NCBI GenBank assembly: GCA_965224025.1
Contig: OZ245033.1
Location: 160,001 to 224,000, forward strand
DNA length: 64,000 nt
Reading direction: 5' to 3'
Source: Candidatus Multivorans sp.
GTDB taxonomy: Bacteria > Acidobacteriota > Thermoanaerobaculia > Multivoradales > Multivoraceae
Shown in pieces: positions 47,389 through 57,727 of the stretch. The first letter of the stretch is position 1, and each line of letters opens with the position of its first letter. The notes below the pieces were generated by a model that was given only the letters and a program-made list of their open reading frames with translations, searched no databases and was not told the origin of the DNA. Position numbers and translations under genes: made by a program.

Positions 47389-48888
47389 ATGGGCAAGGAC
47401 ACCGGCTTCAAGGAGTACGCGCGCGCGTCGATCCCCTACCAGGATCCGCTCATCCGCCTCACCCACTACGGCGAGTTCCTGCAACCTGTACGCGAGGAAC
47501 ATCTCGCCAGCCAGGGCGCCCGCTGCATGGATTGCGGCGTGCCGTTCTGCCAGTCCGACGACGGCTGCCCGATCGACAACCTGATCCCGGAGTGGAACGA
47601 CCTCGTTTACCAGGGGCGCTGGCGCGAGGCGCTGCGGAGGCTGGAGCGGACGAACAACTTCCCCGAGTTCACGGGACGCGTGTGTCCGGCGCCCTGCGAG
47701 GGCGCCTGCGTGCTGGGGATCACCGACCCGGCGGTCACGATCAAGAACATCGAGAACGCGATCGTCGACCGCGGGTTCGAGGAGGGCTGGATCGTCCCCC
47801 GGTTGCCCGCGACACGGACAGGCAAGAAAGTCGCGGTCATCGGCTCGGGCCCGGCCGGCCTCGCCGCGGCCGCCCAGTTGAACAGTGTCGGCCATTCCGT
47901 CACCGTGTTCGAGCGCGAGGACCGTATCGGCGGTCTGCTCATGTACGGCATCCCGAACATGAAGCTGGACAAGCGCCAGGTCGTCGATCGCCGGATCGAC
48001 CTGATGCGTGCGGAGGGGATCGAGTTCGTCACCGGGGCCCACGTCGGCCACAACGTCGACATCGCCGACCTGCGGCGGGACCACGACGCCATCCTGCTCG
48101 CCTGCGGCGCCACCCGGCCGCGCGATCTTCCGATCCCGGGGCGCCAACTCTCAGGGATCCACTTCGCGATGGACTTCCTGACGGAACACACGCGGGCGCT
48201 GCTTGACGCCGAACTGCCAAGCGACGGCGTGGGCGTCGTCATGCCCCCGATCACGGCCGAGGGCAAGAACGTGATCGTGATCGGCGGCGGCGACACCGGC
48301 GCCGACTGCATCGCGACCGCAACCCGGCACGGCTGCGCCTCGATGGTCAACTTCGAACTGCTCGACCGGCCGCCCGACGGGCGCGCGCCGGACAACCCCT
48401 GGCCGGAATGGCCGCGCATCTTCCGCGTCGAGTACGCCCACGCCGAGGCCGCGGCCCGGTTCGGCGCCGACCCGCGCGTGTTCTCCGTCCTCTCGAAGCG
48501 CTTCGTGGATGACGGCGCCGGCAACGTCGCGGGCATCGAGACCGTGCGCATCACCTGGCGCAGGAACTCCGACGGCCGCTTCACGATGGAGAAGCTGCCG
48601 GGCACCGAGGAGACCTTCGAGGCCGACCTGATGCTGCTGGCGACGGGTTTCCTCGGGCCCGAGGCCGCGCTCGGCGAGCAGTTGGGGCTCGATACCGACC
48701 CCCGCAGCAACTTCGCCGCAGCGCCCGGAGAGTACGCCACGTCGGCCGAAGGCGTGTTCGCGGCCGGCGACTGCCGCCGCGGCCAGAGCCTGATCGTGTG
48801 GGCGATCAACGAGGGCCGCGGCGCCGCGGCCCGGATCGACGAGTACCTCACCGGCGCGACGGATCTGCCGCTGCCGTCGGCCTACTGA
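47389..48888 (+). CDS. gltD: Glutamate synthase small subunit
   Basis: [50 protein letters not shown]. Confidence 0.97.
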   Translation: MGKDTGFKEYARASIPYQDPLIRLTHYGEFLQPVREEHLASQGARCMDCGVPFCQSDDGCPIDNLIPEWNDLVYQGRWREALRRLERTNNFPEFTGRVCPAPCEGACVLGITDPAVTIKNIENAIVDRGFEEGWIVPRLPATRTGKKVAVIGSGPAGLAAAAQLNSVGHSVTVFEREDRIGGLLMYGIPNMKLDKRQVVDRRIDLMRAEGIEFVTGAHVGHNVDIADLRRDHDAILLACGATRPRDLPIPGRQLSGIHFAMDFLTEHTRALLDAELPSDGVGVVMPPITAEGKNVIVIGGGDTGADCIATATRHGCASMVNFELLDRPPDGRAPDNPWPEWPRIFRVEYAHAEAAARFGADPRVFSVLSKRFVDDGAGNVAGIETVRITWRRNSDGRFTMEKLPGTEETFEADLMLLATGFLGPEAALGEQLGLDTDPRSNFAAAPGEYATSAEGVFAAGDCRRGQSLIVWAINEGRGAAARIDEYLTGATDLPLPSAY

Positions 48889-48988
48889 GGCAGCCTTCAC
48901 GAACGCTTCGAGCCGCTCGCAGACACTGCCCGCGCCATGCTGCGAATGGCCTCGCCAATTCAACTTTTTGGACCAGACCGGCCATTCA

Positions 48989-49017
48989 TTGACGGGCGGC
49001 GAAGCGGCCTCTATAGT
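48989..49017 (+). promoter_or_regulatory. Sigma70-type promoter of the TonB-dependent receptor gene
   Basis: TTGACG-17 nt-TATAGT. Confidence 0.7.
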
Positions 49018-49159
49018 GCTCCCAATTCGTGGCCTTGCGCCGACGCGCCCCACCACTCGCCACAACCAACGGACAAGCCTTCGACGCGTGAACCGCACGC
49101 TGGCGGATTCTCAATTGAGTTCGGCGGCATTCAACCAGCAACAGAGGAGAACACCTACC

Positions 49160-52084
49160 ATGCAGTGGACCCGCCCCTGGGCACGTCTTCTTGCGATCCT
49201 CCTGGCAACGACCTGCGCCTTCCTCATGGCCGGCGCCGGTGTGGCCCAAACCATCAACGGCACCGTCCAGGGCTACATCTCCGATGTCGCCGGTGACCCG
49301 ATTCCCGGCGCGACGGTTACGGCGACCAACCAGGACACCGGCATCGACCGGGCCGTCATCTCCGATGCGAACGGCTTCTACAGCGCCAAGGCGCTGCAGG
49401 TCGGCGCCTACACCGTGTCCGCCGAACTCGCCGGCATGCAGACGACCCAGCAGACCGACATCTCGGTGCTTGTCGGCCAGATCAAGGACGTCAACCTGAC
49501 CCTTGAGGTCGAGTCGTCCTCCGAGGTGATCACGGTCACTTCCGAGGCGCCGATCATCGAAGTCAGCCGCTCCGGCGCCGCCAACTACATCGACGAGGTG
49601 GCGATCGAAAGCCTGCCGATCGTGGGCCGCGACTTCACCGACTTCGCGATTCTGACTCCCGGCGTCCAGGCCGACCGGCAACGCGGCTTCCTGACCGTCG
49701 CCGGCCAGCGCGGCATGTACACCGGCCTCTCGGTCGACGGCGCGGACAACAAGAGCACCTTCTTCGGCTACGGCCGCGGCGGCGAGGCGACCGAGAACGA
49801 CGGGCTGATCGTCGCTCAGGACACGGTGCGCCAGTTCCAGGTGGTCACCAACGGCTTCTCGGCCGAGTACGGCCGCCACGGCGGCGCCTTCATCAACGTG
49901 GTCACGAAGTCCGGCACCAACGAGATGAAGGGTTCAGCCTTCGCCTTCTTCCGCGACGACAGCATGGCCGAGGATCTGCCCTCGTCGCCGCTCGACGACC
50001 ACTTCGGCAACGACGGCTCCCGATCCGTGGACGAGTTCGACACCCAGAACTACGGTTTCTCGATGGGCGGTCCGTTCAAGCGCGACCGTACCCACTACTA
50101 CTTCGGCATCGACCAAGTTGACCGGGAGATCCCGTTCACCCGTTCGCTGCGTTCGACGGGCGCCAACAGCACCTACGACCTGGTCATGCAGCGGGCCCAG
50201 AACGAGCCTGCCTTCGCTGCCTTGGTCGACGGGTTCACCCGTAACTCGGACGGATCGGCCACCGGCCTGTTCCTGCGCTCGGTGAGCAACCAGATCCTGT
50301 TCGGCAAGCTGGACCACCAGATGAACGCCTCGAACCTGATCACGCTGCGAGTGAATCTCACCGACTTTGAGCGGGAAAGCAGCTATCTCGACGAAGAGTC
50401 GCTGAAGACGGAGGACACCCTCTCCTTCATCGCGTCGATGACATCGGTGATCGGCAGCCGCGGCGTGAACGAGTTCCGCATCCAGTCGGCCGACGACAAC
50501 CTGGACCGTCTATCCCTGCGCGTCGGAACCCCGATCGAGGCTCAGGTCCGGTTCCGGTTCGGCTCCTTCGACAGCGTCGGCAAGTTCGACTTCCTGCCGA
50601 TCTTCGTCGAGGAATCGCAGCTCCAGATCAAGGACGACTTCTCCTACCTGTTCGGCGCCCACGACATGAAGTTCGGCGTCGACTACTCGAAGGACGATCT
50701 GGCGCAGCTCTTCGCGGGTAGCCGCGACGGCCGCTACGACTTCAACTCGCCGGAAGACTTCCTGGCCAACGAAGCGAACCGGGCGCGGATCTGGTTCGGC
50801 GATTCGACCTACCCGAACTACGACGAGACCCAGGCCGCGCTCGCGTTCTACGGCCAGGACAGCCTGAAGCGGGACAACCTGACCCTCAACTACGGTCTCC
50901 GCTACACCTCGACCGACAACCCCGACGGCCTGGACCACAGTGAGGAGGACGGTCGGCAGATCCCGGATACGCAGAACCTGGCGCCCCGCTTCGGCTTCGC
51001 GCTGTCCTCGGACGAGGGCCGGCAGGTTCTCCGTGGCGGCATCGGCCTCTTCTTCGGACGCACGCCGACGCTGCTGTTCGCCAACCAGGTTCAGGCAAAC
51101 GGCGTACCGCCGAACTACGGCCGCATCACGGTGAGGCCGGGCCAGAACGGCTACGTGTCGCTCGGCACGCCGATCGACAACGAGAACCCTCCGCCGGGCA
51201 TCATTCCGGCAATCTCCTACGTGGATCCGGCGTTCGACGATGCCCAGACGCTGCGCATGAGCGCCGGCTGGGAGCGGGAACTCGGCTCCGGCTGGAGCAC
51301 CGGCGTAGACGTCGTGTACGCCGAGGCGACTGGCCTGCAGCGCAACACGGACTGGAACCGCCAGTTCGCCGGCTACGACGAGTACGGCCGTCCAATGTGG
51401 AGTGGCCGCCCCCGAGACGACGTCGCCGAGATCCTGGTCCGCCAGTCTCGTGGCGAGTCCGAGTACCAGGCGGTCACGTTGAAAGTGAACCGCCGCTTCA
51501 CTGGCCGCTACCAGTTCAACGCCCACTACACCTGGGGCAAGGATCGCGACACCGACTCGAACGAACGTTCGGCGACCGGCGTCACGATCTCCGACCTGGG
51601 GAACCTGGACTACGACTGGGGTCTCTCGAACCGTGACGTGAAGCACCGCCTGGTAGCCACCGGAATGATCCAACTGCCCGCCGACTTCCAGATTTCGGGC
51701 ATCCTGAACTACCAGTCGGGCAACCCGTACACGCTGGTCGACGTAGGCAGAGGGTCCTTTGACGACAGAGCCTGCGGCTTCCCCATCTTCAACTGCCCCG
51801 ATCCCTATGCGGTGGTGGACGGCCAGCTTGTGGGCCGGAACACGGAGCGCAACGAGTCGATTCAGACGATCGATGTCCGGATCGGCAAGTTTTTCCGCTT
51901 CGGCAACGGCTTGCGTCTCGACGTGTTCGCCGAGGCCTTCAACCTGTTCGACCAGAACAGCTTCGGCGTGGGTACGAGTCAGCGCAACATCCGCAACGGA
52001 GTTGTCCCCGACACTCTCGGAATCCCGTCGTTCCTGGTCACGCGCCCGCGACAGTTGCAGATTGGAGGCCGGTTCAGCTTCTAG
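49160..52084 (+). CDS. Oar-like TonB-dependent outer-membrane receptor with carboxypeptidase-regulatory-like N-domain
   Basis: GAGGAG SD; signal peptide; GTVQG..D..G.PIPGATVT, LPIVGRDF, SAEYGR..G..INVVTKSGTN, APRFGFA; C-terminal PRQLQIGGRFSF. Confidence 0.9.
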   Translation: MQWTRPWARLLAILLATTCAFLMAGAGVAQTINGTVQGYISDVAGDPIPGATVTATNQDTGIDRAVISDANGFYSAKALQVGAYTVSAELAGMQTTQQTDISVLVGQIKDVNLTLEVESSSEVITVTSEAPIIEVSRSGAANYIDEVAIESLPIVGRDFTDFAILTPGVQADRQRGFLTVAGQRGMYTGLSVDGADNKSTFFGYGRGGEATENDGLIVAQDTVRQFQVVTNGFSAEYGRHGGAFINVVTKSGTNEMKGSAFAFFRDDSMAEDLPSSPLDDHFGNDGSRSVDEFDTQNYGFSMGGPFKRDRTHYYFGIDQVDREIPFTRSLRSTGANSTYDLVMQRAQNEPAFAALVDGFTRNSDGSATGLFLRSVSNQILFGKLDHQMNASNLITLRVNLTDFERESSYLDEESLKTEDTLSFIASMTSVIGSRGVNEFRIQSADDNLDRLSLRVGTPIEAQVRFRFGSFDSVGKFDFLPIFVEESQLQIKDDFSYLFGAHDMKFGVDYSKDDLAQLFAGSRDGRYDFNSPEDFLANEANRARIWFGDSTYPNYDETQAALAFYGQDSLKRDNLTLNYGLRYTSTDNPDGLDHSEEDGRQIPDTQNLAPRFGFALSSDEGRQVLRGGIGLFFGRTPTLLFANQVQANGVPPNYGRITVRPGQNGYVSLGTPIDNENPPPGIIPAISYVDPAFDDAQTLRMSAGWERELGSGWSTGVDVVYAEATGLQRNTDWNRQFAGYDEYGRPMWSGRPRDDVAEILVRQSRGESEYQAVTLKVNRRFTGRYQFNAHYTWGKDRDTDSNERSATGVTISDLGNLDYDWGLSNRDVKHRLVATGMIQLPADFQISGILNYQSGNPYTLVDVGRGSFDDRACGFPIFNCPDPYAVVDGQLVGRNTERNESIQTIDVRIGKFFRFGNGLRLDVFAEAFNLFDQNSFGVGTSQRNIRNGVVPDTLGIPSFLVTRPRQLQIGGRFSF

Positions 52085-52137
52085 GCTGACCCAGCACCGC
52101 AGGCTGCGGCGTCTGACGCAGCGGCACCGACTACTTG

Positions 52138-52165
52138 AGGGCCTCCCTGGCAACGGGGAGGCCCT
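52138..52165 (+). terminator. Hairpin downstream of the receptor gene
   Basis: AGGGCCTCCC-TGGCAACG-GGGAGGCCCT followed by pyrimidines. Confidence 0.55.
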
Positions 52166-52532
52166 TCTCCGATTCCCGCAATCGGCTGTCTGGCCGACCG
52201 GGCCGCGGACGCCGAGTCCGCAGCTACTGCCCGGGACACCCAGCCTCGGACACCAGAGCTCGCGCCCAAAGCAGCATCTCGCCGTGGCCGCCGCCTTCGC
52301 GGGCCGCCGCGCGACGCGCGTTGCCGTCGCCGCGGACGACACTTCCAACAAACGGCCCTCCCACCGCGAAGAGGCTGGAACGTGCCCGAATCTGGCCGGT
52401 CTTGCCCGGATCTGACCCAAGTTCGCTATCAGGCGTCCGCTTTCTCTCCCCGAGGGCTTGTACCGTAGTTTGAGGTGGTCCCGGTCCTTTGGACAGTTTC
52501 GAGGCCGGGCTAAGGTGTACTCCATGTGTTGA

Positions 52533-53399
52533 TTACGCCGCAGCCGCCGTCGCCGGGGCTGTGGAAAACTCTCGATTCTGCGGAATGCCCATTAGTCCGC
52601 GGTGGGCTTCGGCAGGTGTCCTGCCGCCGAGCGCCGTGTGTGGCCGCTCCTCATTGTAGAAGGCGAGCCACCCATCGATCACCCGCCGCGCCTCGATGCC
52701 GTCGACGAGTTCGTTCAGGTAGACCGCCTCGTACTTCAGCGAGCGCCACAGGCGCTCGATGAAGATGTTGTCGAGGAAGCGACCCCGGCCGTCCATCGAG
52801 ATCTTCACCGTCGCGTTCTCGAGAAGACCGGTGAAGTCGCCGCTCGTGAACTGGCTCCCCTGATCCGTGTTGAAGATGTCCGGCTTGCCGTACCGGTCGA
52901 GGGCTTCGGCGAAGGCCTCGACGCAGAACGATGCGTCCAGGCTGTTCGACAGCCGCCAGGACAACACCCGACGGCTCGCCCAGTCCATGACCGCCACCAG
53001 GTACAGGAACCCGCCGCGCACCGGAATGTACGTTATGTCCGAGCACCAGACTTGATCCGGACGCTCGATGGAAAGCCCCCTGAGCAGATAGGGATAGACC
53101 TTGTGCTCCGGGTGAGGCTTGCTGGTCCGCGGCGCCCGGTAGATCGCCGCGATACCCATCAACCGCATCAGACGCCGCACCCGGTGACGACCGACCCGAA
53201 CGCCCTCTCGGCGAAGGTGGCGGACCATCTGACGCGAACCGTAGAACGGGTACAGCAGGAACAGCTCGTCGATCCTGCGCATCAGGGCCAGCGTCTCGGC
53301 GCTCTCGCCCTTGGGCCGGTAGTACAGCGAGGAACGGCTGATCTCGAGCAGACGGCACTGCCGACTCAAGCTCACGTCACCCGTCTCCCGCTCGATCAT
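52533..53399 (-). CDS. IS3 transposase OrfB (DDE domain)
   Basis: YGSRQM, WCSDITY, DWASR, NTDQGSQFT, DNIFIERLWRSLKYE, YNEERPH. Confidence 0.92.
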   Translation of the reverse strand: MIERETGDVSLSRQCRLLEISRSSLYYRPKGESAETLALMRRIDELFLLYPFYGSRQMVRHLRREGVRVGRHRVRRLMRLMGIAAIYRAPRTSKPHPEHKVYPYLLRGLSIERPDQVWCSDITYIPVRGGFLYLVAVMDWASRRVLSWRLSNSLDASFCVEAFAEALDRYGKPDIFNTDQGSQFTSGDFTGLLENATVKISMDGRGRFLDNIFIERLWRSLKYEAVYLNELVDGIEARRVIDGWLAFYNEERPHTALGGRTPAEAHRGLMGIPQNREFSTAPATAAAA

Positions 53400-53419
53400 C
53401 CGCAGGCGCTCGGTCCGGC

Positions 53420-53701
53420 TCAGTGCCCGAGCCCCCTGGACAAGAAATCCCGCTCGATCGTCAGCTCCCCGATCTTCGCGTGCAGGTCCCTGATCTCCTC
53501 CTCGTGGTCCCGGCGCCGCTCCGGCCCGGCCGAGAAGGTCTCACTCATCCCCTCGATCGCCTTCCGCTTCCAACTGCTCACCTGATTCGGGTGAATCCGG
53601 TGCCGCGATGCGATCGCCGCGAGCGGCTTCTCCTCACGCAGCGCCTCAAGCGCCACCTTCGACTTGAAAGCCGCAGTGAACTTCCGACGCTTCCTCTTCA
53701 T
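53420..53701 (-). CDS. IS3 transposase OrfA (HTH)
   Basis: RRKFTAAFKSKVALEA..IHPNQVSSWK..LHAKIGELTIERDFL. Confidence 0.92.
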   Translation of the reverse strand: MKRKRRKFTAAFKSKVALEALREEKPLAAIASRHRIHPNQVSSWKRKAIEGMSETFSAGPERRRDHEEEIRDLHAKIGELTIERDFLSRGLGH

Positions 53702-53767
53702 CCTGGCTCCTCCTCTAGGTCGAGGAGTACACCTTAGCCACCTGTCCAGTTTTCCGGGACCACCTCA

Positions 53768-54547
53768 TCGGACGAGCGTCGAGAGCGCCAGTCGTTGGGG
53801 GTGGGGAGGATCGGGATGGAGGCCGTGTTCCCCCTCTGGGGGCGCGACTCTCGTGAGCACGCGAGGGACTTGACCGCTGCTGGCATGTCCTCTTGGGTGT
53901 GCTCGGTCGATACGGGAACCGTTCCGGCGGAGCTCTCTGGCAAGCGCTACGACGAGATCTTCGTGGGTGACCTGCCGGATGGCGTCGACCCTGTGGGCGA
54001 GAACGGCGAGTTCCACACGTTCGTGGAGCGGGCACCGGGTTGGCACCGCCGGGTTCCGGTGGCCGCCACACGGCGGATCGAGGTCTACGACTTCGTTTTC
54101 ACCGAGATGGAACTCGCCCACTCAGACGAGAAAAGCCCAATCGGTGATGATGCTGATCCTACAAACAGCACCGTTCCGGACGGCACCGACCCATTTAGCT
54201 ACTTTGAACGGCTGGCCCGTGTACGACGCTACGTAGATGAGCACCTTGTTGAGCACTTGGACAGCGAGTCTGTAGCCAACGTTGCCGCGATGTCACCAAC
54301 GGGCTTCTCGAGATACTTCCGCCAACATGTCGGAACAACCTTCGTCGTATGGTTGGCCCACCGTCGGGTGGAATGGGCCTGCCGCCTCCTGCGGGAACAC
54401 AACGACGCCGTCGGTCAAGTTGCATTTGCCGTGGGGTTCCACAGCGAACGGACCTTCCGCCGGGTCTTCCACGAACAGGTCGGCTGCAGCCCGTCGGAGT
54501 ACCGGAAGCGGTTGATCGAGAAGAAGATGCCGACGGAGCCAGCGTAA
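53768..54547 (+). pseudogene. 5'-truncated fusion of a Dph6/MJ0570-like PP-loop ATPase C-terminal half and an AraC HTH domain
   Basis: VFPLWGRD...DLPDGVDPVGENGEFHTFV followed by YVDEHL..VANVAAMSPTGFSRYFRQHVG..VAFAVGFHSERTFRRVF..GCSPSEYR; the frame begins at the IS3 end. Confidence 0.75.
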
Positions 54548-54607
54548 TGGGGTCAGATGCCCGTCTCGACTGCATCGTGGGACAACGCGTAGGCGGTCTC
54601 GCTAGCC

Positions 54608-55160
54608 AACTGCACACTCGTTCCGGTGCGGTAGCAGCTGGGGCAGGCGTCCGGAGAAGCACCACGGGGCTCCGGTGTCGGCCGCAGGGAGCGAAGCGAC
54701 CGGAGGCCGACACCGGACGCGCCGAGCGGAGGGGGCTGGTTGTCATGGTCCGTCTTCCCGGCGGTGATCGTCGGTCGCGGTCCGGAGCAGGTCCTGGTGC
54801 GCCCTCATCCGGTAGCTGTTGCCCCGGATGTTGACGATGTGGCAGTCGTGCAGCAGGCGGTCGATGAGCGCCGCGGCCATGATCTCGTCGCCGAGCACGC
54901 CGCCCCATTCCTCGAAGCCCTTCTTGGAGGTAAGCACCGTGGACGCCCGCTCGTGGCGGGCGTTGATCAACTGGAAGAAGAGCACGGCGCCGTCCTGGCT
55001 GATCGGCAGGTAGTCGATCTCGTCCACGACCAGCAAGGCGGGATGGGAAAGTACCCGCAGCCGCCGCGAGAGGTTGCCGGCGGCCTGGGCTGCGGTCAGC
55101 GACTCGATCAGCGCCGCCAGCGTGCCGTGGTAGACGCGGCGTCCGTACCCGGCGGTCGCT
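54608..55160 (-). mobile_element. istB: IS21-family relic: istB C-terminal half plus degraded right end
   Basis: LVVDEIDYLP..LFFQLINARHER.STVLTS..WGGVLGD..AALIDRLLH..IRGNSYR; AACTGCACACT motif and a hairpin shared with 58878-59025. Confidence 0.8.
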
Positions 55161-55195
55161 TCTCGTCCGCCGCACGCAGCAAGTGAACGTACTCC

Positions 55196-56197
55196 TCAAA
55201 CCGTTTCATGCGGTCTCGCATCCAGCAGCGCGAGGAACTCGGTCTGGCTCGAGCAGGTCTGCGCGGCCTGGATCAGTTCATCGGCCGACAGCCGGTCGAG
55301 CCTCGCCAATCGGTCCGTCAGGTCCGTACTCACGCCGATCCCACGCGCCTGCAGGATCCCCATGACGGCCCGCAGCATCCCGGCACGGTCCTCCGCGCGG
55401 CCCTCGGCGCGACCCTCGGCGCGCTCGCTCCGCAGCCACGGGTCGTCGTCCGGCCCGGTGCCTTCGGCGGTGCCCAGAGCGCGTCCGACGCGCCGCAGCG
55501 CGGCCAGTGTCTCCTCGGAGGTCGCCGATTCGTTGAGCGCGCGGTGGATCTCCTCAGCCGTCCAGCCTGGAAACGCCCGGCTGCTCGACGCCGTCCGGAA
55601 CTTGCCGCCTTCCAGAACGTGGATCGTCAAGCCGGAGAGGCGAGACTTCGGACGGCTCGACGACGGCGCGTCTGGCACGTCCACCCAGACCTCCGGAAAA
55701 CCCCACGCCTCGTAGATTCGGAGCTTCCGCCGCCTGACGTCGGTCGAGTAGTCCACTTCGAGCACGACATCCGGGCGCTCTCGGCTGTCGATATCGACAT
55801 CCCGTTCCCAGACGGTGAACTCAAGTGGATGCAGATAGAGAATCTGGTCCGCCTGCATCAGCACCTTGCGCTCGCCCTGTGCGTCGTAGCGCACCAGGTC
55901 CGTGGCCCCGAACGTCTCGATCGGCGAACCCCTCGACGCGGCAATCCGCTCCGCAAGCCGCGCCAGCCGCTGCGAGGGTTGCTCGTGAAACCGCGTCGTC
56001 GGTTCGCACACGACGACCGCCGTCTCGGTGCGGGCCTCCCAGTACTCGACCCGGCCGTCGTAGTCCCCGATCTCCTCCCGAGAGATGCGCTCCGCCCGGC
56101 AACCGGGGAAGTCGGCCAGATCGAGCGGCGCTTCCTCGGGATCGCCCAGACTCTCGGATCTCGCCCTGGATACGGCTGTCTGGACCGGCTCAGCCAT
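55196..56197 (-). CDS. Uma2-like nuclease with Rpn-like EGRA repeats and C-terminal helical tail (copy A, intact, 333 aa)
   Basis: HEQPS..MQADQILYL..PDVVLEVDYSTD..KL.IYEAWGFPEVWVDVP..DDDPWLRSERAEGRAEGRAEDRAGM. Confidence 0.8.
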   Translation of the reverse strand: MAEPVQTAVSRARSESLGDPEEAPLDLADFPGCRAERISREEIGDYDGRVEYWEARTETAVVVCEPTTRFHEQPSQRLARLAERIAASRGSPIETFGATDLVRYDAQGERKVLMQADQILYLHPLEFTVWERDVDIDSRERPDVVLEVDYSTDVRRRKLRIYEAWGFPEVWVDVPDAPSSSRPKSRLSGLTIHVLEGGKFRTASSSRAFPGWTAEEIHRALNESATSEETLAALRRVGRALGTAEGTGPDDDPWLRSERAEGRAEGRAEDRAGMLRAVMGILQARGIGVSTDLTDRLARLDRLSADELIQAAQTCSSQTEFLALLDARPHETV

Positions 56198-56276
56198 CGT
56201 CCCGAAGCTATCACCGCGCTCGGCGCCGAAAGCCCATGGCCGGTCGTCGATGATCCGCACCGGAGGGCTCCTTCAG

Positions 56277-56413
56277 CGCTCAGAAGTCGAACAAGCTCCG
56301 CTTCGTCCAGGCATCGCTGCGCCGAGAGCACGGCCAACCCGGCGAAGCACCGCCAACGTGTCCGCCGGCGGCAGGCGGCGACTCCACGCGACGTGAATCC
56401 CCTCGGCGGTTCA
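56277..56413 (-). pseudogene. Degenerate remnant of the same Uma2-like family (copy E)
   Basis: G*TAEGIHVAWSRRLPPADTLAVLRRVGRALGAA joined out of frame to AQRCLDEAELVRLL. Confidence 0.6.
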
Positions 56414-57589
56414 GCCCGAGGCGCTCGAAAGGCGGCCCGCCATGCTCGGAACATCTCCCACCGGCAGAACGGAAATCCGCTCGTCCAGTTCATAGGGCCT
56501 TTCTCCGGGATAGATCACCCAGAGGTGATCGAGCCGAAGGTCGGCGAGCGCCAACCTCATCGACTTCGTCGTTCCCGGCGCGTCGCTGTACTTGAACTCG
56601 AACCCGTGTCGGCGGCCGCCGGACACGATCATCAAGTCCAACTCGGCCCCGCCGTGGGTAGCCCAGAAGTGTGCGTTCAGGGGCTGCAGGCAGGACAGGA
56701 CCTGCTCGACGGCAAAGCCTTCAAACGATGCTCCGACTTTCGGATGTCCCGCCAGGCGGTCCGCCGACGGAAGATCGAGGAGTGTGTGTAGGAGGCCACT
56801 GTCGCGAATGTAGACCTTTGGCGCGCGGACCTGCCGCTTCTTGAGGTTCTCGTGCCATGGCGGAAGGACCCGCACGACCTGCGCAGCGACGAGTATGTCG
56901 AGATAGCGGCGGGCGGCAGCCTGACCCGAGCCGATCGCTCGAGCGAACTCCGCCGCGTTCCACACCTGGCCGTGATAGTGCGCGACCATCATCCAGAAGC
57001 GACGCAGCGCCTCCGCCGGCAGCGAGAAGCCGAACTGCGGAATGTCGCGATCGAGAAAGGTCTCCACGAAACTCTCGCGCCACAAGGCGGACAGGTCATC
57101 GTCGTCGGCCAGAAAGCTGCGCGGGAAGCCGCCCCGCAACCAGAGCCTCCGCCAACCGCCTGGCGTCGCGCCGCCCACCTCGGTCAGATCGAAACCCGAG
57201 AGCCGAATCTGCCCGGCGCGGCCCGCCAGAGTCTCCGAGGCGCCGCGAGCGAGAGCCGGGGATGCGCTGCCGAGGACGAGGAAGCGAGCCGGCTCCTCCC
57301 GCCGATCGCACAGGACCCGCAGAATTTCGAACACCTCGGGCTGTCGCTGAATCTCGTCGATCACGACGAAGCCACGCAGAGGCTCCAGAGTCTGCATCGG
57401 CAGCGCGAGGCGCCTCCGATCGACCGGATCCTCCAGATCGAAGTAGCGGCCTCTCTCCGGCGCCTCGTCGAAGAGGGCTCGGGCAAGGGTCGTCTTCCCG
57501 CATTGTCGCGGCCCGACGACCGCGACCGCTGGATGCACCAGAAACGAGCGTTTGATCCGTTGGGCAGCGAACTCGCGGTCAACATTCAC
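56411..57589 (-). CDS. AAA+ ATPase (AAA_14) with wHTH and C-terminal DUF4143 nuclease-like domain
   Basis: GPRQCGKTT, IDEIQR, LGSAS, RGGFP, PKVYIRDSGLL, GASFEG, ELDL..GFEFK. Confidence 0.9.
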   Translation of the reverse strand: MNVDREFAAQRIKRSFLVHPAVAVVGPRQCGKTTLARALFDEAPERGRYFDLEDPVDRRRLALPMQTLEPLRGFVVIDEIQRQPEVFEILRVLCDRREEPARFLVLGSASPALARGASETLAGRAGQIRLSGFDLTEVGGATPGGWRRLWLRGGFPRSFLADDDDLSALWRESFVETFLDRDIPQFGFSLPAEALRRFWMMVAHYHGQVWNAAEFARAIGSGQAAARRYLDILVAAQVVRVLPPWHENLKKRQVRAPKVYIRDSGLLHTLLDLPSADRLAGHPKVGASFEGFAVEQVLSCLQPLNAHFWATHGGAELDLMIVSGGRRHGFEFKYSDAPGTTKSMRLALADLRLDHLWVIYPGERPYELDERISVLPVGDVPSMAGRLSSASG

Positions 57590-57595
57590 CGCCCA

Positions 57596-57645
57596 AGCCT
57601 ACTTTCTTGAAAATCACTCGGTCAAGAGACGATTTTCATGGAAAG
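57596..57645 (-). promoter_or_regulatory. Promoter with overlapping inverted repeat (putative operator) of the AAA+/DUF4143 gene
   Basis: Minus strand TTGACC-18 nt-TAGGCT-6 nt-GTG; imperfect IR CTTTCTTGAAAATC (57602-57615) / GATTTTCATGGAAAG (57631-57645). Confidence 0.6.
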
Positions 57646-57727
57646 ATGGAGAAGTCGAGACGTCTGTCGGCCCGCCACCAGCAGAGCGGCAACGGTTCGT
57701 CTTGACCGCCCCCTCCGACGAAGGACG

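Larger units (their letters stand above)
52471..53767 (-). mobile_element. IS3-family insertion sequence, 1297 bp, no target duplication
   Basis: Terminal IRs TGAGGTGGTCCCGG-N5-TGGACAG at both ends plus subterminal GCTAAGGTGTACTC; orfA and orfB in -1 relative frames. Confidence 0.92.

Noticed and set aside
52170-52470. 300-bp GC-rich spacer left of IS3 considered as an ncRNA or gene remnant
   Set aside because: No recognisable RNA family, convincing ORF or repeat match could be supported by eye.
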